DNA from: Chrysochromulina tobinii
Lineage: Eukaryota
Reading direction: 5' to 3'
Assembly: GCA_001275005.1 (NCBI GenBank)
Contig: JWZX01002242.1
Span: 1-36,726, forward strand
Length of the DNA stretch: 36,726 nt
Position 1 is the stretch's first letter. Each line of letters opens with the position of its first letter. Shown here in pieces: positions 26,954 through 36,666 of the stretch. The notes under the pieces were generated by a model. The model made no database searches, was not told the DNA's origin, and saw nothing but the letters and a program-made list of their open reading frames with translations. Made by a program: the position numbers and the translations under genes.

Positions 26954-29900
26954 TTATACCCCTTGCAGCTTGGTGCCCGCCTCGAGCGCATTGAGACGCG
27001 AGGCCACGTGTTCCATCCAAGCGGCCAGAGCCGCGCCGTCCAGCTCACGTAACGGTCGCAGCTCGGAGGTGAGGTCGAGATCGCGTAACGGTCGCAGCTC
27101 GGAGGTGAGGTCGAGTGCGCTGCGAGCGAGCGCGCCGGTGAACGAGCTGGCAGGTTGCTGCTGCAGTGGCGGCGGCGACGGCGCCGGGCTAGGGGCTGTG
27201 CTGGGGGCTGTCTCGATGGCAACCTCTGCCAGCCACGCCCTCTCCTCCGCCGCCTCCGCTGTATCTAACGCAGGCGGGGCGCCGTGTTGGGCCGGCGCGG
27301 CGGGCGGCGGCGAGGGGGGCGGCATGCGCTGACGTGGCATGCCATTCACTTCGAGCTGCCGAAGGTCCGCCTCTGTAGGCGGCCGAATGCTGAGCAAGTC
27401 TGTGGAGCGGACCGCCGCCCGAAGCGCGCGCCCCGCACTCCCGGGGAGCCATCGTGACCAGACCGCTGCCGACCTCGCCGCCCTCGCCGCCTCCGCCGCG
27501 TACGCCGCCGCATGCGCCGCCGCCGCCGTCGCACTCTCGGCCGCTCCCGCCGCGGCCGCCGCCGCGGTGGCAGCGGCCTCGGCCGCAGCCGTTGGCGAGC
27601 CAACACTCTCGAGAGAGTCGCGTAGCACCATCACCAGGGCTGCGCGGCGATCATACGCGTCCGGCGGCGACGGGGGGTCCGGCGCGGCGCCGCCGTACGC
27701 GGTGCCCGCCGCCACGTGCACCGCCTCGCCCTCATCGCAGTCGCGGGCCGTCGGGGGGGGCGGGAGGGCCGGGAGCGTTCGCCCGCCGTCGCCCGCGCAC
27801 GAAGGTCCGCCTCCCGCCGCCGCGGCCGCGGCCGCCTCGACCTCATCGGCCGCGTCCTCCATTGGACGCACCGCGTTGGCCGCCAGCGCAGCCCCGACCA
27901 ACCTCTCGAGCAGCTCGAGGGGGGGCTGGCGGCGCACGTTGATGGCGACCTTGGAGGCCGCGAGCAGGAGGAAGCTGAGCATGCGCTGGCGGGCGCCGTC
28001 CGAGGCGGCGGCGCCGTACCGGGCGTTGGCGGGGAGCAGGGAGGTACCGCTGATCGGCGCCGTGTCGAGCACGAGTACGCTTCCACAGCTGCGGTTCAGA
28101 TGGGCGGGGGGGGCATCCGAGAGCCACATCCAGATGCCCTCGCCGCCGACGCCCTCTCCGGCAGACCGTATGGCGAAGCCTACGGCGTGGGCACTGCTGG
28201 CAACGGCATGGGCACTGCGGCCACCGGCCGTGCCGCTCACAACTGCCGATGGTGCGGGTGCAGGTGCCTCAGGTGAGGCGAGGGGCCGAAGGACAGACAC
28301 GATTGCATTGGCGAGGGTGGACGTTCCTTCACCCGCCGGCCCAGCCACGCCGACGACGCACATGCTGCCGGGCGCGCCGCGGATCGCCGCGAGCGCGCCA
28401 GGGTGAAGGCTGAGCCGGCCTTGACTATCAACGGTCACAAGGGGGAGGGGGGGGCGGTCCGCGAGAGGCACTGGCTGGCTGAGGGTGGTGGCGGCGCCGG
28501 AGCGGGCGCCAAAGGGGGCGAGCGGGCCGCCGCCAACGCCGAGGGCGGCGAGCAACGCGAGGCCGCCGAGGGCAATCCCAACGAGGGCGATTCCCCACAG
28601 CAGCCTCGGCGCCGTACCGGGCGTCCCCTCGGCTGCTGTGGGGACTCGGCGTCGTACTGGGCGCGCGCCGGCGTCGGTGAGGGAGGCGTTCTCGAGTAGG
28701 ATGGGCAAGCCGGCCGCCACACGCCCCGCGCCCACGCCGCTACGCACGCGGTAGAGGGCTCGCGGCTCCGCATGACCGGCAGCCACATCTGCCGGTTGAA
28801 TGACCTTCGTTGGGTCGGTCGGGTCCACGAACATGAAGCGCTGCGTGCGCGCGCCCGGCACGGCGCTGGACATGGGGACGGCGCATACGTTGCGCTTGCC
28901 GCGCTCGAAGGCGGACGCATAGATCGAGCGCGGCGCATCGTCGGCGGAGGCGTAGGACGCGGCGTCGTCGTCGTTCGCGCCCTTGGCGCTCGCGTGCCCG
29001 GCGCCGTCGTGGGCGGCCGGAGGGCGTGTGGATCGTTGCATGAGAGCCGCACCCATCCCGGCCGCAAAGTACGCACACGCCACATTATCCGCCGGAGAGC
29101 CCCAGCAGACGACCGAGGGGGCTCCCATCTGATGCAGGAGGTCGCCCAGCCGCCCCTCGGACGCGTCCTTGCCGCCGGTGCAGCATGCATTAAGTACGAT
29201 GCACTCGAGGCATCCCCCAAATAAGGGAAGGTGCGGCTGCACCTCGAGAGCGATCGCCACCTGATGAGGGATGCAATCATCCACAATCAGACGTAATCAG
29301 ACGCAATCAGGCGGTCAATCGTAGAGCTCGAGAGCGATCGCCACCGGATCAAACGTCTCAAGCACGCCATCAGAGGCGCTGAAGCCGAGGGTACGGCGCC
29401 CATCGCCCTCGCCCAGTCGAGCGTCGCCGTGGCCCGCGAACCAAAGCAGGTGCGGCTGCACGGCGTACAGGGCGTGCCTCAAGTCCTCAAACGAGCCGCC
29501 CCGCATGGGCGGTGGCGAGGTGCGCAGCAGACCGGCCGTTTGCAGCCCTCGCACCTCGAGCGTGCAGTCGAGTGGCGCACACACGGGGCTGCAGAACATG
29601 AGGAGCGCCCGCTTCCCATTCGGGAGCACGCACACATTCAGAGGGCCATGGCCCATCGGCCCAACGGCCACGTTCACAGTGTGCCCCACGTTCACAGGCC
29701 CGTTCAGAGGGCCATGGCCCATCGGCCCAACGGCCGGCAGCATGGGCGTCGGCATGCCGGGCGCCGTGCCGGGCGCGCAGAGCATCGAACGCTCGCGATG
29801 GCGCTCGCAATTCTGGGCGGGCGCGTTCCACAGCCCGAAGACCCAAGCGCACACGCGACCCGCGGCCTCAGCGAGGGCAGACGAGGAGGTGGTGGAGGTG

Positions 29901-30788
29901 GTGGTGGTGGTGGTGGCGGCGAGGGTGCCTGCGGGCGCTTCCTCGGCGGCAGTGGCAGGGAGCGGTGCTGAAGCCGCGACGATCTCGGCGATCTCGGCGG
30001 GGTCGCGTGCGGTGGCGCCGCACGTCTGCTGCAAATGTGCGAGCACGCGCTCGCACCGCTTCGCGACGATCCGCAAGCAGCGCCGGCGCTCGTCGTACTT
30101 TCGGCGCTCGGCCTCCGCCCGCGCCGCATCGGGCGCCGAGCGATGGACTCGCTGCAGCTGGGCGGGCGGCTCGGCTGTCGCAGCGACGAGGGCCTGGACT
30201 CGCTCGAGCATCCGGTCGACTGTTGCGAGCTCGGCGAGCATGCGATCGTGCCTGGCGCGCTTGCGTGAGCGAGGGACGGAGCCACCGCTAGGCAACGGCC
30301 CGATGACATCGCCTGCCTCCGCCGAGGACGTCGAGGATGCCGATGAGGATCGGCCGAGGACCCCGGGCGGACCCTCGATGCTCTCGAGGATGCCACTCAG
30401 ATCGTCCTCGTCCTCGTCGCCGCCGCTGAGCTGGTCGCTCAGCTGTCGCACGAGCGTACGAACCTGCCCGAGCATCTCGGGGGCTGCCATCGCCTCGACA
30501 TCCACGACATCGGCGGCTGCCTCCTCGAGCTCCGCGATCGTCCAGTCCGCCATCGGGTCGCCTTCGCCCATCGTGGAATGTGGAAGATCGCCATCCCGCC
30601 GCCCCGGCTCAGCCGCTCCCGCCTCCTCGGTCTTCCACATACGAGCGGTGCCCGGGACGGCGCGCCCAGCCGCTCCCGCCCCCTCGGTCTTGGATGATTG
30701 CGACGCCCAGTCCGCCCGGGACGACGCCCAGTTCGCCCCATCGCCCGGTCCGCCGTGCCCGAGGTCCTCGCCACTGCCCCTACCGCCG

Positions 30789-30829
<41 letters not shown>

Positions 30830-32214
30830 GACGACGACAACGACGCCGACGCCGCCATCGCCCCCCCCGAGGCCCAGCTCATCGTACGCGAGCAGCTCGT
30901 GCAGCCGTCGCAGGTCCACCTCGCGCGTCGCCGATGCCGCTCTCATGCGCTCGTTGGGGCGATCGGCGCCATGGATGCCGTGGGGGGTGGCGCGTAGGGG
31001 GGTGAGTGGATATCCCAGGAGGCCCTGTGGGGTAAGGAACCCCTGTGGGGAAAGGAGCCCCTGTGGGGAAAGGAGCCCCTCAGCCGAGAGGACGCGATGC
31101 ACGAGGCGAGTGCTCTCAAGCAGAAGCACCTCCGCCGCATCGGCCCCCTCGGAGCCACGAGACGCGTCAGTCGCGTCCACAGTGCCCTCATCAGCGACAC
31201 TCTCCGCTTCCGATGACCACCAGCCACCGCACATGCCCGCATACGAGCCGCCGCCGCCGCCGCCGCCGCTCCAGCCGCCGCCGAAGGGAGTCAGCACGCA
31301 ATCCGTGGCGGGTACGGCGGGGGTGCTCCCGCCGCCGTACCCGCCGCTCCCGCCGCCGTACCCGCCGCTTGAGCTGAGGCTGCCGTCGCTTGACGACGCG
31401 CTTGAGGGCTGGCGCGACGCATGGCGCTCGGGATGCACCTGTGGCGGCAGCAGCCAGCCGCCGCCGCCGCCGCCACCGCCGCCACCGCCGCCGCCGGTAA
31501 CCAGGCCGCCGAAGCCATCGAAGCCACCAAAGCTATGGAAGGCGCCGGTGCGATCGTCGTCGAGCGGCGCAGGGCAGCGCTCGTCCATCGAGGCCGCCGA
31601 GCTCGAGTGCGCGGGTGAGTCGGTGAGTGAGCCCGTCGTCGCGTCGTCGATCGCGTCAGCGGACCCGTACGAGTCGGTACGGCCGCAACGGCCGACGGCA
31701 CCGCGGGTCGAGAGAGCGCGCGCAGCGGCCGGCGGCTGGAGAAGAGACGCACGCTTCTCGTCGAAGAGACGCACGCATGTTTCGCATCGGTTGCCAAAGC
31801 AGAAGCCCTCCTCCGCCACCTTCTTGGCAAAGCGCTTGCAGTCGGTCGGCACCTCCCACGCGGCAGTGTCCACCTTTGTCTCGCTGAAGCCGACGCGGCT
31901 GAGCAGCTCGTACGGCGGCAGGGCGACGCCGTGCAGGATGGCGAGGTGGCGGCACCGGCCGACGGAAATATGCTGCGAAACGTGGCAGGGGCACACGAAA
32001 CGGTGTGAGCCGCGCGCGAGAGCTGGACCTGGTGCTTGCTTGCCATGCTGCGCGGCCTGAGAGCTTTTCTGTCGACTGCCGCGGCGCACACCTTGTTCTT
32101 CTTATGCGGATTAAGGATGTTGCTGCCGAGCTTGGCATGGAGGATGCGCTCGTAGGCGTTGCGGCACCGATTCGAATCGCCTTTCTCGAAGGAGTGCGCC
32201 TCCAAATCCTCCAT
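26954..32214 (-). CDS. Multidomain protein: Cys/His-rich N-domain, CHAT caspase-like protease, TM helix, degenerate GBP (guanylate-binding protein) GTPase domain; 3 exons
   Basis: Exons are 32214-32092, 31972-29345 and 29260-26954 (5058 nt, 1685 aa); both introns are phase-0 GT-AG. CHAT motifs: RALLMFCSP..PLD...EVR, PHLLWFAGHG (His codon 29429-29431), CIVLNACCT (Cys codon 29183-29185), VVCW...AD...FA. TM helix LLWGIALVGIALGGLALLAALGV at ~28531-28603. GBP motifs: PLV....G.L.L.P.AL..I, VVGVAGPAGEGTSTLAN, GF.I, EGIWMW, VLVLDTAP, LLLAASK..IN, LVMVLRDS, LDGAALAAWMEHVASRLN. Confidence 0.85.
27048..27115 (-). repeat. In-frame 36-bp tandem duplication (LDLTSELRPLR x2) in the GBP-like domain
   Basis: CGTAACGGTCGCAGCTCGGAGGTGAGGTCGAG occurs at 27048-27079 and 27084-27115. 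Confidence 0.9.
29261..29344 (-). other. 84-nt intron bracketed by a 19-bp direct repeat, with 10-bp CTGATT repeats
   Basis: Minus strand reads CCG|GTGGCGATCGCTCTCGAG...CTGATTGCGT CTGATTACGT CTGATTGTGG...CCCTCATCAG|GTGGCGATCGCTCTCGAG. It contains in-frame stops, and removal restores the CHAT domain. Confidence 0.88.
29637..29735 (-). repeat. In-frame 33-bp direct repeat (AVGPMGHGPLN x2, 66-bp period)
   Basis: TTCAGAGGGCCATGGCCCATCGGCCCAACGGCC occurs at 29637-29669 and 29703-29735. Confidence 0.88.
31973..32091 (-). other. Intron 1 of CHAT-GBP gene (119 nt)
   Basis: AACAAG|GTGTGC ... TTTCGCAG|CATATT; joins ...NPHKKNK to HISVGRCRH... in phase 0. Confidence 0.75.
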
Positions 32215-32602
32215 TCGTGGTCCTCCGAAGACGCCACCAACGCGATAGGCAGGGTGCTCGCGTTTTCTTTAGTCGCCCCGTCGTCTCGAGCACTTGCTTC
32301 GATTTTGAAACTCGCTACCCAGGATCCCTCTTTTTCCGATCGAATGGGCGGTCACAACTCGGTGGAACGTGGCTCAACATCGGTTCTGATCTTCTGAAGG
32401 ACACCCCCACCACAACGTGCTCTGGAAACCGCAAACACAAACGTTGCACCGGTAGACCGGTTTCGCCTCCAGCTTCCTGAAAAACCGCGTTCCGACCGTG
32501 ACGATCACCTTCACAGGGTCTGACACAGTAGACGTCGGCACACGCAACACGCGCCGTGCCGACGCCCCTGCCCTCGTAGGTCGCCACGCCGCTCACGGCT
32601 GC

Positions 32603-32910
32603 AGCCAATAGCCATTAGCCATTAGCCATTAGCCAATAGCCAACAGCCATTAGCCAATAGACAGTAGCCAGTAGCCATGAGCCAATAGCCAATAGCCATT
32701 AGCCAATAGCCAACAGCCATTAGCCAATAGCCAGTAGCCAGTAGCCATGAGCCATTAGCCAATAGCCATTAGCCAATAGCCAACAGCCATTAGCTGATAG
32801 CCAGTAGCCAGTAGCCATGAGCCAATAGCCATTAGCCATTAGCCAATAGCCAACAGCCATTAGCTAATAGCCAGTAGCCAGTAGCCATGAGCCAATAGCC
32901 ATTAGCCCAT
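32603..32910. repeat. Heptamer satellite (AGCCAWT variants, 44 units) with 70-bp higher-order period
   Basis: AGCCAAC recurs at 32638, 32708, 32778 and 32848; AGCCATG recurs at 32673, 32743, 32813 and 32883. The array is bounded by the 23-bp direct repeat TCACGGCTGCAGCCAATAGCCAT (32593-32615, 32910-32932). Confidence 0.95.
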
Positions 32911-33572
32911 CACGGCTGCAGCCAATAGCCATGCCGGCCCACGCCCATCGACGTCGAGCCCACCCCGAAGCTGGTGTTTGCGGGCCGTGGCGAGACGTAG
33001 TCGCGCATGACGCGACGCGGGGGATGAACAGTGGGTCTGTCGGCGGGTGCGCCGAACACGGTAGTCCGCGAGGGGTCGCGCAAGGGCGAGCGGATGCGCG
33101 TCATCGGGAATGGCGGTGGGTACAAGCGCTCGCGTGACACCTGCCGTTGCAGCCCCCGTGGCGAGAGCGAGTTGTGCGGCGGCCACACGTGCGCCTTGTA
33201 AAGGAGTGTCGGCATCGATAAGGTGGAGATTCGCCCGCGGCGACTGCGCATGAGATCGCTCGTCGAAGACATGTGGAATGAGGCATCCAGCCGGCCCATC
33301 GTTTCGTGATGCGCTCTTGCAACCACGAGCAGCGACGCCGACTGCCAGCAATCGCTGCGATGATCGAATGGCGACCAGGGGCGCCCAGGCGGGTCATCAT
33401 CGTCATCATACGCGCTCGGCCCGATGCTCTTGAAGTTTGGATTCTTCGGGGTTGCGATCCCCGTCGGTGCCGGCCTTCCTGCTGGTAGTGGGCGCACCCA
33501 TTTCTCGGGGGTCTTTGCGCGCTCCGGCAGGCTCGCGGAAGATGCAGAGGGACCGCGATACGACCAGGGCAT
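32910..33572 (-). CDS. Hypothetical Pro/Arg/Ser-rich protein
   Basis: ATG 33572 (MPWSYRGP...) lies in ORF 32910..33731 and gives 220 aa. GC-rich coding-like composition, no recognisable domain. Confidence 0.55.
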   Translation of the reverse strand: MPWSYRGPSASSASLPERAKTPEKWVRPLPAGRPAPTGIATPKNPNFKSIGPSAYDDDDDPPGRPWSPFDHRSDCWQSASLLVVARAHHETMGRLDASFHMSSTSDLMRSRRGRISTLSMPTLLYKAHVWPPHNSLSPRGLQRQVSRERLYPPPFPMTRIRSPLRDPSRTTVFGAPADRPTVHPPRRVMRDYVSPRPANTSFGVGSTSMGVGRHGYWLQP

Positions 33573-34046
33573 GCGATGTGGTCGAACGACGCAACCGTAG
33601 GTATAGAGGCCCGCGGCGACCCCCGCACCGACGATTGACCGCCGACTTTGAAAGTTTTGAAACGTCGTTCCTTCCACCATAAAAATTTTCGGAGAGGACA
33701 GTGTGAATTTGAACGCACACACAGTGAACACCGCTTTGTCAGCTCAACATCGCTCTCTGTCCTCTACGCTCAGCGAGGCGCTGCGCGTGCGCGCGCCGCG
33801 CGCGCCGGTCGCCGGCATTACCGGCACGGCGAGAGCGGGCGAGAGGGGGACCGACGTCCGCCCGAACTGCCTTCCGCCGCACCCCCTTCCCACCCACATT
33901 CACAAGTTTTGACGAATTCCTTTTCCCATACGCTTTCGCTTCACGCGTGAAACGGTGGGACGGAACGATATCGTGACAAGAAACAAGGCTGGGTGACTTG
34001 CTGGGCGCGTGTGCGCGGATTGCACACGCGCTCAACGATCGCGTAG

Positions 34047-35286
34047 ATGGTATCCAAGAAAGAGGAGTGGATGTCCAAGAAAGAGGAGGATAAACGAAAG
34101 AGGCTTTCAAAAGAGGAGGAGCAATTACGTGAAGCTGAGCAAAACAGCCAGGCCATGAAGGATCACGAGGCGGAGCAAGTGCGGCAAGCACTTGAGGATG
34201 AGGGTACCGCTGCGGTGTCCCGGCTTGCCTTGGTTGGCACTGCCCGCTCGTCGAGCATGGACGGCTGGAAACAGGCATCAGTGAAGGCACTGCCTGCGCT
34301 TGTGGAGAGGCTCTCGGTCGGCGTTTCTAAAATGGCCGCTCAACGAGGCTCCACCTCCGTGGACCCCACAGGCCCGGAGGCGTCGGTGGTGTGCGAGCTG
34401 ACGACGCTGCTGGCAAGGATAGCAAGCGCATCGCCCGCGTGCCGAGTGGCGATCCGTCAGTCGGGCGCCGCAGCCGCGCTCCTTCCGCTGCTCCACCTGT
34501 TCCCGGCTTTCGACGGCAGCGCGGCTGCCACGCAGTGCCTCACGTTTCTGCTCTATGGCGACGACTGCGAGCAGAGCTCAGCGGTGCATATACTCGAGGT
34601 GCTGCGTAAGCACGGGGTGGAGCAGCCGCTCGCGGCACACAAGGGTCTGCTCTCGCTGCTTCGGCCCGTTGCCATGGCGCGCCTCCTCGCCGCGCAGAAT
34701 GGCTCCGATGTGGACTTTTTGGAGGCTTGCATGGCGGATGCGCGCGCAGTCGGGGTGAGTCAGACGCTGCTGGACGCGGGGCGAGAGCGCAAAGCAGAGG
34801 TTGATAAGGCTGCGCTAGAGAACGAGCGACTGATCGCGCTGAGACACAAAAAGAAGCTCCAGCGCACCAACGTCGCGAAACGTGACTTCAGCAGTAGCAG
34901 CTTCAAGGTGCCTGATGCAGCAGCAGTAGCAGCGAAAGCGCTTGCCCTTGCCGAGGCGGCCGAGGCGGTCGAGGCGCAAGCCAAGGCCAGGAAGGCGGCA
35001 GAGGCCAAGGCGAAAGCGGAGAAGGACAGCCAAGGAGAAGGCGCCGGCGCCGGCGCCGGCCGCGACGGCCGCGACGGCCGGCGCCGACGCCGCAACTGCA
35101 GCCACAACCGCGGCCGCAGGGATGCCACCACCAGCCGCTGCGGCCAAGGCGGCGAAGACCGCCACGCCCGCTGCCGAAGAAGAAGGAGACGAAGACGATG
35201 ACGATGACGATGACGATGAAAAAGAAGCGGACATGCCAAAGAAGAAGTTGAAGAAGAAGAAGAAGAAGAAGAAGAGGGGAAAATGA
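34047..35286 (+). CDS. Coiled-coil/ARM-like helical protein with acidic and poly-Lys C-terminus; apparent +1 frameshift near 35025
   Basis: ORF 34047..35201 contains the ARM-like segment CRVAIRQSGAAAALLPLL. The coding signal switches to the frame of 34942..35286 at GAG AAG G ACA GCC AAG, giving ...AKAEK/TAKEKAPAPA...EEEGDEDDDD...PKKKLKKKKKKKKRGK*. The start may be an internal exon because TAG precedes the ATG. Confidence 0.6.
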
Positions 35287-35754
35287 GCGCTCCCTCCGCG
35301 GCTCGCGTAGTGCGTAGACTGACGACGCGACCTTGCGGCTTTAGGTTTGAAGATAGATTAGTCAGAGAACGCGTCAAGTCCCGGCTTGGCTTTTTGACGC
35401 GACGTGCTTGTTGTCTCCATTCCGGTCGAACCGGAACGTCACCTCCGCTCCATCCGCTCCGAATTGGAATTCGGAAATTCGCCACGAAACGGCCCCGACC
35501 GGACCGGCCCGCGACCCGCGGCCGGGCGGGGTCGCGGTCGGGTGCGGTGCACGCGACGCGCGCGGGCGGCCGGCCGGGGCGGGTGGAACGCTCGCCGGAC
35601 GCTGCGTCCGGTGTGCGATCGCAGAGACCCGCACCACGGAATAAAAGTACCGGGCTCGTCCTCGAGTCACATGTAACGGCACCACTCAGACACGCTCAAC
35701 GGGAGACCGCGACCCAGGGGTCCGCACAAACGCTCAGTACGACGACTTCTGGGC

Positions 35755-36459
35755 TTATGCGTTGCGATAGTTGGCGGCGAGCCGTGCGTACTTCTCGGCA
35801 AGCTTGCGGTGTACCGCCTCCTTCTCGGGCGAGAGGGTCTTGACGACCTTTCCAGGCATGCCGAGCACCAGCGAGAGCGGCGGGATCACCGAGCCCGACG
35901 GCACGATCGCGCCGGCCCCAATGATCGAGCCCCTGCCAACGACGGCGCCATCTAGGATGGTGGCCTGCATGCCGATCAGCACATGGTCCTCGAGCGTGCA
36001 GCCATGCAGCACCGCGCGGTGGCCGACAACGACGTACTCGCCGATGACGGTGGGGTCGTTGTCGCCCAAATGGATCACGCTTCCGTCCTGGATGTTGCTG
36101 TACGACCCCACCTCAATGTAGTTCAGGTCGCCGCGCAGCACGGCACCGTACCACACGGATGCGCCCTGCCCGATGCGCACGTCCCCGACGACAACGGCGC
36201 CTGCACAGATGAGTGCATCCGAGGCAATGCGCGGCACGCGGTCCAGGTATCGGCCAATGATCGCGTCAGGATGTCGCGTGCGCAGCTCGTCCAGTGTAAG
36301 GTTCAGCTCGGCGAGGTCGGATGGCCGGCTGTGCACAAGCGGCACAGTCTGCTCTCCGACCACCATCGTCTTCACGGGCTTACGAACTGGCGCCGCGGAG
36401 CATATCGGGCGAAGGTAGCGACCGCTCGTGATCCGCGGTACCAGAGAGCGCCACAGCAT
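35755..36459 (-). CDS. Gamma-class carbonic anhydrase (left-handed beta-helix), probable mitochondrial presequence
   Basis: Motifs VVGDVRIG..ASVWYGAVLRGD...I.VG..SNIQDGSVIH, VGHRAVLHGC, IGMQATILDGA and LVLGMPGKVVK. All three His metal ligands are present. The N-terminus MLWRSLVPRITSGRYLRP is Arg-rich and acid-free. 234 aa. Confidence 0.93.
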   Translation of the reverse strand: MLWRSLVPRITSGRYLRPICSAAPVRKPVKTMVVGEQTVPLVHSRPSDLAELNLTLDELRTRHPDAIIGRYLDRVPRIASDALICAGAVVVGDVRIGQGASVWYGAVLRGDLNYIEVGSYSNIQDGSVIHLGDNDPTVIGEYVVVGHRAVLHGCTLEDHVLIGMQATILDGAVVGRGSIIGAGAIVPSGSVIPPLSLVLGMPGKVVKTLSPEKEAVHRKLAEKYARLAANYRNA

Positions 36460-36636
36460 AATCGGAGCCCTCGGTGATCAAACCACCCGACTCGCCAGGC
36501 GCCAAGAGGACGGAGCGCCCCAGGTTCCCCAGGTAGCGCGAGCACTGGTTGCTTGCTCACTCGAAGCCACAGATGTCGATTCTTTTCGGGGGAGGCGACA
36601 ATTCGGCGACAATTCGGTGCCGGTAGAATCCCACAC

Positions 36637-36666
36637 TGGCGCCGGAGTCCGCGGACTCCGGCGCCA
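36637..36666. repeat. Perfect 30-bp palindrome TGGCGCCGGAGTCCGCGGACTCCGGCGCCA
   Basis: Equal to its own reverse complement; ~180 bp upstream of the gamma-CA ATG. Confidence 0.95.

Noticed and set aside
29637..29735. 66-bp-period duplication as another duplication-born intron
   Set aside because: There is no suitable AG acceptor on the coding strand and the frame is open, so it is treated as an in-frame coding duplication.
29505..32060. Long + strand ORFs antisense to real genes (e.g. 29505..32060, 8232..10001, 1241..2302, 27339..28406)
   Set aside because: These are shadow ORFs expected from high GC and codon bias; the domain motifs are on the opposite strand.
32603..32910. CRISPR-like or telomeric array
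   Set aside because: Contiguous 7-bp units have no unique spacers, there are no cas genes, the context is eukaryotic, and the unit is not TTAGGG-like.
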